NCBI RefSeq assembly: GCF_001194135.2
Contig: NC_068989.1
Span: 56,491,554 to 56,548,713, forward strand
Reading direction: 5' to 3'
From: Octopus bimaculoides
Taxonomy: Eukaryota
DNA length: 57,160 nt
Shown here: positions 40,045 to 52,499 of the stretch, in pieces
Numbering within the stretch: position 1 is the stretch's first letter
Layout: each line of letters starts with the position of its first letter
Made by a program: the position numbers and the translations under genes
Notes under the pieces: generated by a model
The model's database searches: none
Seen by the model: the letters and a program-made list of their open reading frames with translations, nothing else
What the model was told of the DNA's origin: nothing

Positions 40045-41410
40045 AACCATGACCCAGTTGAGGGACCAGCTATCTGAATAGACAGCACCCTGGTAGATAA
40101 AGCAATTAAGGGTATGAAGCGAGGAAAAGCCCCCGGTCCATCAGGAATCACTGCTGAGGTGCTTAAAACATCTGGTGGTGTGGGCTATGGCCTAGTCACC
40201 CATATTGTGAACCAGGTAGTTCATGGTGGAGTCATACCCAATGACTGGCGTAGCAGCACCATAGTCAACTGCTACAAGGGTAAAAGTGATGCTTTAGATA
40301 GAAATAATTACAGGGGCATCAAACTGCTGGATCAGGTGATGAAGGTCATGGAGAGGGTCATAGCCCAACTAATTAGGGAGAAAGTCTGCTTAGATGAAAT
40401 GCAGTTCGGTTTTGTGCCAGGTANNNNNNNNNNGAAAGTCTGCTTAGATGAAATGCAGTTCGGTTTTGTGCCAGGTAGAAGCACCACTGATGCTATATTC
40501 CTGGTACAGCAACTGCAGGAGAAATACCTAGCCAAAGACAAACCCCTATACTTGACTTTTGTGGACTTGGAGAAAGCCTTTGACTGGGTCCTCTGACCCC
40601 TTATCTGGTGGGCAATGCAGAAACTGGGGTTTGACGAAGGGTTAATAAGGGCTGTACAGGCCCTATACAGAGATGCCGTTAATAAGGTTAGGGCTAGCAA
40701 TGAGTATTGTCAAGAATTCCAGGTAGAAGTAGGGGTCAACCAAGGATCAGCCCTCAGCCCCCTCTTATTCATCATAGTCCTCCAGGACTTCCTAACAGTG
40801 GGAGGAATCCAGGGTAGAGGGAGACCCAGGAAGACATGGGATGAGGTGGTGAAGCATGACCTTCGAATTTTGGGCCTCACAGAGGTAATAACGAAAGACC
40901 GAGACCTCTGGAGATGTGTTGTGACTGAGAAGATCCGGCAAATAAAGTGAGTTCACAGCTGTAACCTACACTAGTGTCGCATAACCAGTCCACTCAAAAA
41001 GTACCTTGGAACGTAGGGTGACATGCCGTGCTTGAAGAGACCTATTGAGTCAAGTACATTGAAATCAAAATCAAATGGAAATTGTAGTTGTGGTCCCCAT
41101 GCCAGTGGCACGTAAAAAGCACCATCCGAACATAGCCAATGCCAGCGCTGCCCTGACTAGCTCCCATGCTGGTGGCACATAAAAAGCACCATCCAATCGT
41201 GTCAATGCCAGCCCCCTCTGGTCCCTGTAATGGTGGCATGTAAAAAAGCACCCACTACATTCTCTGAGTGGTTGGTGTTAGGAAGGTCATCCAGCTGTAG
41301 AAACACTGCTAGATCAGACTGGAACCTGGAGCAGCCTCCTGGCTTCCCAGACCCCAGTCGAACCATCCAACCCATGCCAGCATGGAAAAGATGTGAAATG
41401 ATGATGATGA

Positions 41411-41413
<3 letters not shown>
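40045..41413 (+). mobile_element. RTE-clade LINE remnant: RT N-half, internal deletion, ORF C-terminus, 3' UTR and (GAT)n tail
   Basis: KAPGPSG, YRGIKLL, QFGFVPGRSTTDAIF, FVDLEKAFD and QGSALSPLLF, then a jump to GRGRPRKTWDEVV. The 3' UTR is the same repeat seen many times elsewhere in the window. Confidence 0.92.
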
Positions 41414-41450
<37 letters not shown>

Positions 41451-41678
41451 ATAAATTAAATATAGAGATATTCTATTGACATTAAATAACTTATTTATAT
41501 TACAATATTACATTAAATACTATGTATATAACATAACATAATAATATATAAATAATTATAAAAACCGTAAAAGGACAACAAATTTCAATCCAGCTGTCCT
41601 TTCCAGACCGAATTTCCTCTTTCTGAACCGATGGACCCTGAGGTGACTTATATATAATCGAACTGTGATTTTGTATAC

Positions 41679-42493
41679 NNNNNNNNNNNNNNNNNNNNNN
41701 NNNNNNNNNNNNNNNNNNNNNNNNNNNNNNNNNNNNNNNNNNNNNNNNNNNNNNNNNNNNNNNNNNNNNNNNNNNNNNNNNNNNNNNNNNNNNNNNNNNN
41801 NNNNNNNNNNNNNNNNNNNNNNNNNNNNNNNNNNNNNNNNNNNNNNNNNNNNNNNNNNNNNNNNNNNNNNNNNNNNNNNNNNNNNNNNNNNNNNNNNNNN
41901 NNNNNNNNNNNNNNNNNNNNNNNNNNNNNNNNNNNNNNNNNNNNNNNNNNNNNNNNNNNNNNNNNNNNNNNNNNNNNNNNNNNNNNNNNNNNNNNNNNNN
42001 NNNNNNNNNNNNNNNNNNNNNNNNNNNNNNNNNNNNNNNNNNNNNNNNNNNNNNNNNNNNNNNNNNNNNNNNNNNNNNNNNNNNNNNNNNNNNNNNNNNN
42101 NNNNNNNNNNNNNNNNNNNNNNNNNNNNNNNNNNNNNNNNNNNNNNNNNNNNNNNNNNNNNNNNNNNNNNNNNNNNNNNNNNNNNNNNNNNNNNNNNNNN
42201 NNNNNNNNNNNNNNNNNNNNNNNNNNNNNNNNNNNNNNNNNNNNNNNNNNNNNNNNNNNNNNNNNNNNNNNNNNNNNNNNNNNNNNNNNNNNNNNNNNNN
42301 NNNNNNNNNNNNNNNNNNNNNNNNNNNNNNNNNNNNNNNNNNNNNNNNNNNNNNNNNNNNNNNNNNNNNNNNNNNNNNNNNNNNNNNNNNNNNNNNNNNN
42401 NNNNNNNNNNNNNNNNNNNNNNNNNNNNNNNNNNNNNNNNNNNNNNNNNNNNNNNNNNNNNNNNNNNNNNNNNNNNNNNNNNNNNNNNNNNNN
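41679..42493. other. Assembly gap (N)
   Basis: Run of n. Confidence 1.
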
Positions 42494-42532
<39 letters not shown>

Positions 42533-43416
42533 AGCAGATGTATATGGTGGTTGTTAATTCGCTATTAACTATAACCACCTTTTGTGCTTCCTTTGAAAAT
42601 GTAGTGCCTCCCTTGTAATGATGAAGATAACTATCAGTGCAACAAGAGCAAGACTCTGCCTCCGCAACACCAATGGCACTCCAACAGAAGATGTAGCCCT
42701 GCTGATAGCTAAAGAATGGTGATTGCTGTCACCTACACTACACATTTCATATACTCTCACAAATGTCAGAAGAACAGAAGTAGAAGTATTTTTATTGTCA
42801 TAGACATGCATGATACCTCATGTGGTCCCAAGAAGTTCAAAGCAACTTGTGTTGTTGTTGTCAGTAGTGGTAGGGGAATGTTTGCACAACAAAAATGCCA
42901 ATCTCCAAACCAGCAACAATAACAATGAATGAACAAATAAAAAAAAAAAAGGCTAGATGCTACAAACACTAGATTTTCAGTAAGAATATCTTTCTCCTGT
43001 GTGCATTTATGTATTCATGCATGTGTGTATATACATGTGTGTGTGTATATACATGTGTGTGTGTGACACCTGACAAGTAGTACACTGAGCACCTGTTCAG
43101 GCTACATCAATTTGATGGAGAGAGTGAGATAATGTATGGCACGAACGTTTGATAAACAAATCATTTGTGCAGGTTATTTGGCAAAAGCTGAATGATCATG
43201 TGTTGTCTTTGACGGGAGAGTCCATCTTATATATATTATAGATGCAAGTATGGCAGAGTAGTTAAAATGTTTGCTTCCCAACTATATGGTTTCAGGTTCA
43301 GTTCCACTGCTTGGCACCTTGAGCAAGTGTCTTCTGCATTAGCCCTGTCTCAACCAAAGACTTGTGAATTAATTTGGAAGTAGAAACAGGAAGAAACCTG
43401 CCATATGTAATATATA

Positions 43417-44612
43417 CAGGGTGCATAATGTATTTGAGGACATACCTTTCTTGGGTCATTGCTGCATTTTTTGCTAACTTTGTATAATCTTTGTTTCAGA
43501 AAATAATAATAGCAGACCCTCAGCTTACTCAAGAAATGAAGAGGCATACTGTTATTGTGGTTATAAAGGCTGAGTATAGCGATTCAGAAATATCTCAATT
43601 TTTAAAAGTTGCCAAATCTTTCATCTACAAAGTTTGTAAGGCACTAGAGACTGAAGATGGAAACGTATCACCAGTATCAAAGTATAAAAAGCATTCTAGA
43701 TGCTCAAAAATCATCAGCGCATCTGAATTTATCCAGCAAATTCAACAGATCATTGATTACAATCCCAGAAAGTCCATGACGTCAATTGCAAAAGATCTAC
43801 ATGTGTCAGAAATGTTGTCCACAAAGACATCAAGGTCAATTTGTCAGAAAAAGCAAAAGAAAATCACTGCATCAGATCTAAAAGGCTCTTAAACAAACTG
43901 ACAAATCCAGCAGATCTGATTTGGTTTTTCTCAAACGAGAAAAGCTTCGACCAAGATCAAAAAGTTAACAGAAGAAATGACAAATGATTATGTGCAGACC
44001 CTTCTGAAGTTCCAAGTGTTATGCATACAAAATTTCCTGCAACTGTCATGGTTTTAGGGGTTGTCAGCAATGAAGGACATGTGATGCCTCCTTCTTTCCA
44101 CAAGGCCTTAGAGGTAAGTCTGCCACCTACATTGAGGTTCTGGAAATAATAGTTAAGCCCTGGATAGATAATGTATGCAATGGAAGGCAATATGTGTTTC
44201 AGTAAGACTCTGCACTATCACACATGGCTCTAGTAACACAGGAATGGATAACTGAAAATTTTCATGATCACATAACATCTAACATTTGGCCTCCTAATTC
44301 CCCAGATCTCAATCCATTGGACTATTACATGTGGAGCATTGTTGAGAGAGTTAATGAACATGTCCATAATACCAAAAGCTGCCATAGTCAGAGTAATGTC
44401 CAAAATGAACCAGGATCACTTGATTTGAGCATGTAGATGATTTAGATCTCATACAGAAGCAGTTGTTGAAGCTGAAGGTGGCTTTATTGAATAACATAGA
44501 AAAGGTTTATTTTTATCCCCATAGCATTTTTTTGATAAATAAAGTTATTATCTGTTATTATCTATGTTTTTTTATAAACATAAATCTGTCCTCAAATATC
44601 TTGTGCATCCTG
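43417..44612 (+). mobile_element. Decayed Tc1/mariner-superfamily transposon, maT/mori (DD37D) family, full length with both TIRs
   Basis: TA-flanked ~26-bp TIRs cagggtgcataatgtatttgaggaca / tgtcctcaaatatcttgtgcatcctg. Transposase remnants with QDSA...WPPNSPDLNPLDY have exactly 37 residues between the second and third Asp. Stops and frameshifts present. Confidence 0.92.
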
Positions 44613-44633
44613 TATATATATACATACATATAT

Positions 44634-45316
44634 AAATTTAAAGAAAACAGAAAATGGAGAAATACTAATGAACAACAATTCACTTACACCAATTATTATT
44701 TATTAATTCAATACAAATAGACTGTATCCCATCTAACAGCTGTTTCTGTTTCCAATGTTGTATGGAATTGCCATTGATATACTAAAAATATTTATCATAT
44801 CTGGTAATAAAACCAATCTGAAACATGGAGCTTCATCAGAGTGAAGAATAAATAAAAACAGGAGCCTAGAGAAGAAACAGGAAAAGTTGAATATGGTTAT
44901 AATCATACCATTTCACTTGTGTATCTCTTAACATCCCAAAGAGACACACAAGCAAAATAGTATAATTATAACCAAATTCAACTTTTCCTTTTTCTTCTCT
45001 AGGCTCCTCTTCAGTCAGCAAAAGCTGACTGCTCATACATTATTTTGGATAGGCTAAAAATATTTATCATATTCGGTAATGAAACCAATCTGAAACATGG
45101 AGCTCCATCACTCTGATGAAGCTCCATGTTTCAGATTGGTTTTATTACCAAATATGATATTTTTAGCATAACAATGGCAATACCATACAACATTGGAAGC
45201 AGAAACAGCTGTTAGATGGGATGCAGTCTATTTGTATTGAATTAATAAATAATAACCGATGTAAGTCTCAATTGCTGTTCAGCAATATTTCTCCATTTTC
45301 TGTTTTCTTTAAATTT
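44634..45316. repeat. Nested fold-back: outer arms 44634-44843 / 45110-45316, inner arms 44861-44903 / 44965-45007, small hairpin 45012-45031, partial third arm copy 45053-45110
   Basis: Reverse-complement matches read directly. Confidence 0.92.
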
Positions 45317-46580
45317 TGATTCTTGATAAATTCATGTTTATCCTTGTCTTTACCTACAATTTATGAGCATAATATGCTTGCATATGTATGCCCATGGTTA
45401 AACATAAGTAAATATACCAGTAGTATAATAGATACTTTTATCTCTTAGACGGTTATTTTAACCTCTAACTCAGCTAACCTTATATATATATATACACACA
45501 TATATATATTATATATATACACATACACACATATGTATACATGTATGTGTGTGTTTGAGTCCCTTTGTCTTGACGTTCCACAGTAGTTGTAAATGGGTGT
45601 CACCATCATACAAACGGTGCACTTTGTTTCCAATTTTCTATGAAGACATATCAGCAATGGGGAAATATTATCTTGCTTGGAGATATGTGAGAGTTGGTGA
45701 CAGAAAGGGCAACTGGCTGTAGAAAATTTGCCTTAACAAATTCCATCTGACCTATGCAAGTGTTGATGTTAAAACAATGATGATGATGATGATGATATAT
45801 ACAGGTTTGGTGGAACAAACATAAAAAATATAACTCAAAAAGTGAGTAATAAACAATTCTTTAACTGGCAGAAAAGTTACAGAAGTGCCTCAATGATTGA
45901 AATAGAGTTTCATGCATGAAACTTATTAAGTGTTGTGCATGAAATTCTCAGTTCTTGAGTCATTCTCTGTCTGTCTAAATATATTCGAAGATACAAAGAC
46001 CAACTCAAAAAACAACACTGAAAGCCACTGGAATTGAGCCTAAATTGTTTGAAACACAAGCCTGAGTTTGTATCAAGTGGCAGTGCTCCATCACCATTGG
46101 AACCAAAAACTTCAAAGCCTCCAAAAGAGAAAAGGAAGAAATCAAATGATAAAAGAGAAAGGCTTGACAAAATCATCTTCACCTTCTACCAACATTACTA
46201 TGCAGTCAAAGCCATCGACTCTTATATGTAAGAACTAGTCTACAGAGTCATCAACATCATCATCATAAAGCATTCAGCAAAGAAGAAAATAAATATCATC
46301 ATCATTATCAATATCTATTGTCCATACTGGCATGGGTTGGACAGTATGACTGGGCTGATGTGCTGGAAGGCTGCACCAGACACCAGTCTGATTTGACATG
46401 GTTTTCTACAGCTGGATGCCCTTCCTAACACCAATTATTCAAAGAGTATAATGGATGCTTTTACATGCCACTGGCATGGGTTCCAATTTGCATGACACTG
46501 GTATCTGCTACCACTGCAATTTTGCTCAGTTTGATAGATCTTCTTCTCAAGCATGACATAATGTCAAAGGTCTTGGTCAA

Positions 46581-46730
46581 TGCCTCCGTGAGGCCCAACA
46601 CTCGAAAGGAACTCTGCCACTTTGCCTCTGTGAGGTTTAAAGCTTGAAAGGAACTCACCCATCTTGCCTCCGTGAGGCCCAACACTTGAGAGGAACTCAG
46701 CCACTTTGCCTCCGTGTGGCCCAATGTTCA
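46581..46730 (-). repeat. 42-bp tandem repeat x ~3.5 derived from the RTE ORF C-terminus (VLGLTEA 14-aa unit)
   Basis: Units start at 46581, 46623, 46665 and 46707, followed on the minus strand by an RTE UTR and tail. Confidence 0.85.
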
Positions 46731-46879
46731 AAAGATGTTCTTTACATGCCACTAGCACGGGTGCGCTTGGCTTGATGGGTCCTCTCAAGCACAGCACATT
46801 GCCAAAGGTCTCAGTCACAAGTCATTGCCACTGTGAGGCTCAAAGTTCAAAGATATATATACATATATACTTCTATATA

Positions 46880-48130
46880 TTTCAATCTAAAGGCTGTGGC
46901 CATTTCTGTGTAGTTGGTGTTGGCTTTTGGTGGATGAGGGAGTTTGATATAACTGCCATGATGATAGTTCTGTCTGGGATCTTAAACAGCAGAAGGTCAA
47001 GCTGCTTCTTGAAAACATCTACCCCAACATCATGTAGATTTCTCAGAGTTATTTTTGGTATGATATTAAATAGCTGAGAGCTTTTGAATGCTTAGCAATT
47101 GCAGTACCTGGTCCTCATTCTCGATGGGACGGGTGGATCTTTGGAACAGTGCAGTGACGTCCTGTTCAAGGGTTGGTATAACACCCATTGCCAATGTTTG
47201 GTGCCAATATTTTGTACCAACCCTTCTAGGATCTTCCCTATGTATATCACTGCATACCTCACTCACCTTCACTCCAGGGAGTAGAGTTGCAATTTTTCAG
47301 TCTCTCCCAGCATCTATACTAACAATTAATGTGATCTTCTTGGTTTAGAACCACTGAACTGCTTTGAGTTCTGCTATTAAATTGACACTGTGGGGTAACC
47401 TTAGTTGAGGTCAGTAGTCCAGATGAACTGCTGACAAATGTCTCCCATAAGACCATCATAGTTTCCTGGCCCTATGTTCTTAAAGTTATCAGAATCCACC
47501 TGATTATTCACCCACACATTACCACCACTTTGGTATTATGCATATGAAATGATGTATCATTGCTCATATCAATCGCCAATTCATGCACTACATTTGACTC
47601 CAGGATTGCCACTGCTTTTGTTCCAAAGTATTTTTGTTGTGGCATGTTAGCACAAGCTGGCTGATTGCAGAGAGCCTGGAATTTTCCTGCATTAATTTGC
47701 ATGTTGTTTTCTTCAGCTCATTTGTATGTGGCATCTAGATCTTTCTGTAGAAGAATAGCATCAAGAGGATTTTTTTGACTTCTTGTGCTACTTTTGTACC
47801 ACTGGCATAGCTAGTAAGAGTAGCTGCCCATATAACTGACAGCATATCTGAGAGGGCCACCATAAACAGCAGCAGCCCCAAGACAGTTTCCTTAGGCAAT
47901 CCATTCATTGTTAATGTCTCATTGGAGAGGGCCCCATTGGCTGCTACAGCCTGGTTTCTGACTTTTAAGAAGTCATGTAACCACTCTCCCAGTTTTCCAA
48001 CTATGCCAAGTCTTTGCAGCTTGTGACATATCATCCTATGATCAATCTTTGATAAGGCTGATTATAGGATATATACATACATTATCCTACAATGCATTTG
48101 CTGTACCAGTGCTGATTTAAACATTTGGGA
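46880..48130 (-). mobile_element. Decayed CR1/L2-group LINE (RT domain and 3' ORF end)
   Basis: KLQRLGIVGKLGEWLHDFL..R.Q.V.ANG, G.P..TVLG.LLF..., decayed YADDTK (YASGTK), and C-terminal LRNLHDVGVDVFKKQLDLLL.KIPD. Confidence 0.8.
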
Positions 48131-48169
48131 TACTTGACTGGTCTGAAGAAGAAATTCACTCCATAAATG

Positions 48170-49520
48170 TTAAAAACGCACAAAATACTGACATCAACTG
48201 AAAATCTACACAGAAATAGTGATATCGTCAGGCTCTGTCTAAGAAGAGATGAAGGAGGTAGAGCTTAAGAGCAGTGCAGATAGCCTTTGAATGTCATATA
48301 GTCTCTCTCTCATACAACACTTGCTAAACAGCTGCAGAAAAAATAAACACTGAAAAGTAAAGAGAACAAGACTCTATGTGCCGGCAGCAAGTTCCTCAGG
48401 AAGCACTCTCTTCCTGATAACCTCCCATACAGCACTCTCTTCCTGATAACCTCAAAACAGCTGGACTAACATACCTTAAAGACCTGGATGTGAAATGCTC
48501 AGCATGGCAAAAAGACTTGAAGAAGAAATTAATACTGGCATAAAACACAGCCTCTCTTGGAATCACGACCACTACATCAAATCACATTCCGAAGGCTATG
48601 AATTTGCAATACAAGAACAGGAAATTGCCACAAAATCCCTAATGAACAAAAGAGAAAGTGAAGCCTTTGGAGCCCCAAAATGCAAGTGAAAATGTAGATT
48701 ATGTCATATTTCTTATTTCTTTATTGCTCACAAGGGGTGAAACATAGAGGGGACAAACAAGGACAGACAAAGGGATTAAGTTGATTACATCGACCCCAGT
48801 TCGTAACTGGTACTTATTTAATCGACCCCGAAAGGATGAAAGGCAAAGTTGACCTCGGCAGAATTTGAACTCAGAACGTAGCGGCAGATGAAATACCGCT
48901 AAGCATTTCGCCTGGCATGCTAATGTTTCTGCTAGCTCACTGCCTTATGCCATATTTCTGTGGAAGACGTCACACGTGATTAGCAGCTGTCCAAAAATGT
49001 CATCAAGGCACTACCTCCCTATGCAATGTGGCATTGTTGCAAAAACAATATACAATGCCATTCGAAAAAAGGGCTATCCTGGAATAAATATAGAGAATCC
49101 CCCTGTTATTGAATACAAACACAAATATCAACACAAAGAACACTGGTGGAACATTCTCATCAAAACAGCTGTCAAGTGTAAACATAAGAGGCTGGATATT
49201 GTTGTTTGGGGCAGACAAGACAAAGTAGGTACTGTCATAGAGGTTAGCTGTTCTGCTGACATGAATATTTCTTTGAAAATCAAAGAGAAAGAGGACAATT
49301 GCTTTGAAACCTCTAGCTTCTATGTCCAGATTATAAATCCACATTTAAACCAATTATAATTGGCACACTTGGTTTTGAGAATAAACTCCTAAGTGACAAT
49401 CCGGATAAGCTAGGGTTTACAGGACAAGAAATCAGCTAACGTGTACATTATGAATACAATCTGTAAGTGGAACAGTAAAAATATGCAAGACTTTTCTCAA
49501 ATTTAAAATGTAACGTTTTT
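48170..49520 (+). mobile_element. R4/Dong-like non-LTR retrotransposon 3' fragment (zinc knuckle + restriction-like endonuclease), split by a SINE at ~48712-48950
   Basis: EGGRGL motif, EG..FAIQEQEI.TK, CRLC...H..S.C, R.DIVVW and IEVSC.AD.N...K..EK, which are RLE-type motifs. Confidence 0.8.
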
Positions 49521-49735
49521 GTTATCTACATTCTAATAATGGAGCTTTGTATCTGTATTAAAAACCAGCTCCTTCTTCAAGGGAAGAATCTAAATAATTA
49601 AAAACAGAAGAGAACATAAATACATACACACACACACGTGGATAGCTCAATTAACTGGCTTCTTTTCTAAAACATTGCTGATTCATCAGCTACTGTCAGT
49701 TAAGAAGCACGTTTCTTAGTCTGTAAACATTCTTC

Positions 49736-50379
49736 GGATCTTGTTCAAAACGGGGGCACCAGTATTTTCTTAACGAAACACTTTGAAACTTGGGACACTG
49801 GTAGAATGTGTCATATAAAACATCTTTTTCTCTTAGTCTTCTTAACAAAAAAAACCTACATCGCAAGTTATTTCATGTTAAAGTTGTCGTATTTCTGTAA
49901 TTTCAACCAATGACTGATGTCCATTCAGTCGGATATTAAGTGCTGACTATGTAAACAAACGATGGCTGAAGCATATTGGCAGTAGAGTTAGGGCTAGGGT
50001 TGGGCAGTAGCTAATAAACCTTTCATACAGTTCAGGCAGATGTTAACGAAATAAACACACGTGAAAGAAAATGAAAAAAGCAAATGTTGTACACATACAG
50101 TTCAGGCAGATGTTAGCGAAATTATAAATGGAGATTAAATACACTTTACACCGCTTAAACTTCCAAAGGAGCAAGTGTAAACAGCTGAATACTTGTCAGT
50201 GATTGGTTGAAATTATCGAAATAAGACAATTTTTTACATGAAATAAATTCGAATATAAAAATTTTTTTCTGTTCTATAACACAAAATAGATAAGTATACG
50301 AAGTTTGAAAGTCTTTTGGTACCCAAAACACTACATAAAACATTAATGAAAACTGGTGCTCCCGTTTTGAACAAGATCC
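49736..50379. mobile_element. MITE with 28-bp near-perfect TIRs and a second ~60-bp subterminal inverted segment
   Basis: ggatcttgttcaaaacgggggcaccagt vs actggtgctcccgttttgaacaagatcc (1 mismatch); internal ttatttcatgt...aatttcaaccaat.actga inverted pair; no ORF. Confidence 0.88.
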
Positions 50380-50399
50380 CATAGAAGCTATGCATGCCA

Positions 50400-51980
50400 C
50401 TGAGACCAGCACCAATTTGAAACTTAATCACTTCTTTCTTTGCATTACTCCAACTTCATCACAAGGAGTGCTATTACAGTGTTTCTGAATTTAGCTGATC
50501 ACTTACTGATCAACCAGGAAAATGAGCAGATAGTTGGTAATGAATATTAAGTCATCTCCTAGAGAAGAATGTATCAACCAGGAAAGACGCGTGATTAGTA
50601 ACTTCAGAATAAGGGTTTGATGGAGCCAGAGAGAATTTAGAGAAAAGGGTACATGGAAATAGAAAGTACTATCAATCAGCTGTAGGTTCAGAAAAGTACT
50701 AGTTGATGCATATGACAAGAGAGAGGAGATAGAAAATTACAACACAGAGGACAGCTTAGAGTTTTTGTGGGACAATCTAACAAGGACAACAAAATAATTT
50801 GTGGCAGATGCAAGATCTCAACCAAAATGAGGGCAACATTGTTGAGAAATAGTTCTGTAGATAGACCTATAAAGGCTATGAGATAGGCTTGGAAAGGAAT
50901 GAAGGCAGCAAAGAGGAATGTGAAGTAGCAAGAAGAGAAGTTAGACCTCTTGTATATTTAGTAAGAGTAGAGAGACAGTAAAATGTTTACTTAATGTTCT
51001 AAGATGTGAAGATCAGAGGTGTGAGATATTCCTGATTGCAAGGCAGTGTCATCGTCGTCATCATTGTCATCATCATCATCGTTCAACACCTGCTCTCCAT
51101 GCTAGCATGGGTTGGATGGTTCAACATGGAGCTGCCCAGACTCCACTTGTCTGTTGTAGCATGGTTTCTACAGCTGGATGCCCTTCCTAACGTCAACCAC
51201 TTAGCAGAGAATGCTGGATGTTTTTTATATGCCACAGGCACAAGTACGTTAACACAGCACTGGCACAGGTGTGTTAATGCAGCAGCAGCACAGGTGCTTT
51301 TTAAGTGGCACCGGCACTCGAAAGGACAAGCCCATATGTGTGGAAGACAGCGATTTTCCTTAGATGACATGTCTTATCAAGTACAGCAAATTGCCACATA
51401 TGTATAAGAAAAAATTCAAACTGTGTCTGGGAGACATGCATACAGATTGGTAAAAACACACTTGCTCTTCCTGATCTTGAAAAGAGGCATGAGGGTGTTA
51501 TTACAAGAGGTTGATAAATGGGAATGGATGGGAGAAAGAGAGGGATTTCTAGCATAAGCCCAAAAGAGACCAGCCATTCTTGGAGACAACACTACGCTAG
51601 ATAAAGCAATTAAGGATATGAAGGCAGGGAAAGTCCCTATGTCATCAAAAATTACCAGTGAGTAGCCTAAAACGTCTGGTAGAATAGAATATAGTCAAGT
51701 CACCCGCATAGTTAATAAGGTAGCAAGGGAAGATGTTATACCCAATGACAGGCGTATAGCATCACCATCATCATCAACTTTTACAAGGGAAAAGGAGATA
51801 TATTGGAGAAAAGAAACTAAAGGTATCAAACTGTTTCACTAGGTTATGCAAGTTATGGAAAGAATTATAGCTCAATTGAAGAGAAAGAGAATTAACCGAG
51901 ATGTGATGCAGATTGGTTTTGTACCAGGAAATACTACCGAAATAAAGATGAAGTACTTAGACAAGCATAGACCCCTATAA
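50400..51980 (+). mobile_element. Old, heavily decayed RTE-clade LINE fragment (pre-RT and RT N-terminus) interrupted by an opposite-strand RTE 3' tail at ~51050-51420
   Basis: Degenerate match to the 40045 copy (gataaagcaattaaggatatgaag...ggaaagtcc; atacccaatgac; atgcagattggttttgtaccagg). Confidence 0.7.
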
Positions 51981-52499
51981 CAAGAGTTTTAGTTGGACAA
52001 ATCCACCTCCAGTACTTATTTTATAAAGACTGGTACTTGTTCTAGGAGTCTCTTTTGCCGAACAGCTAAATTACAGGGATGTAAATAAACCAACACACGT
52101 TGCCAAGCAGCAGGAGAATAGACACAAACACACACATATATATATATACACATAATACATATGACAGATTTTTTCAGTTTCCGTTTACCAAATCCACTCA
52201 GAAGGCTAAGCTGAAGGCACTTGCTTAAGATTTATAACATACATAAACTGTCTATCCTGGTTTTTAGAATAGGTACATAGCATCCCTTCCATGTCTTAAG
52301 AGCTGACTAAAATCGTTGGTGACAGGAAGGATATCTAATTGTAAAAGAGTGTCTGAAAAAACTCGTCTAATGCATGTCAGTATGGAAAAGTTAACGTCAA
52401 TGACATCGGTTATATACACATAGACATATACTTTAATAAAAAAAAACATACATACGCACACAAATAAATATATAATGAATTTAATCTTAGCCTTTCAGT

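Noticed and set aside
40378-40475. Direct duplication of 46 bp (VCLDEMQFGFVPG) within the RTE RT
   Set aside because: The two copies sit exactly on either side of a 10-N gap, so this is an unmerged contig overlap.
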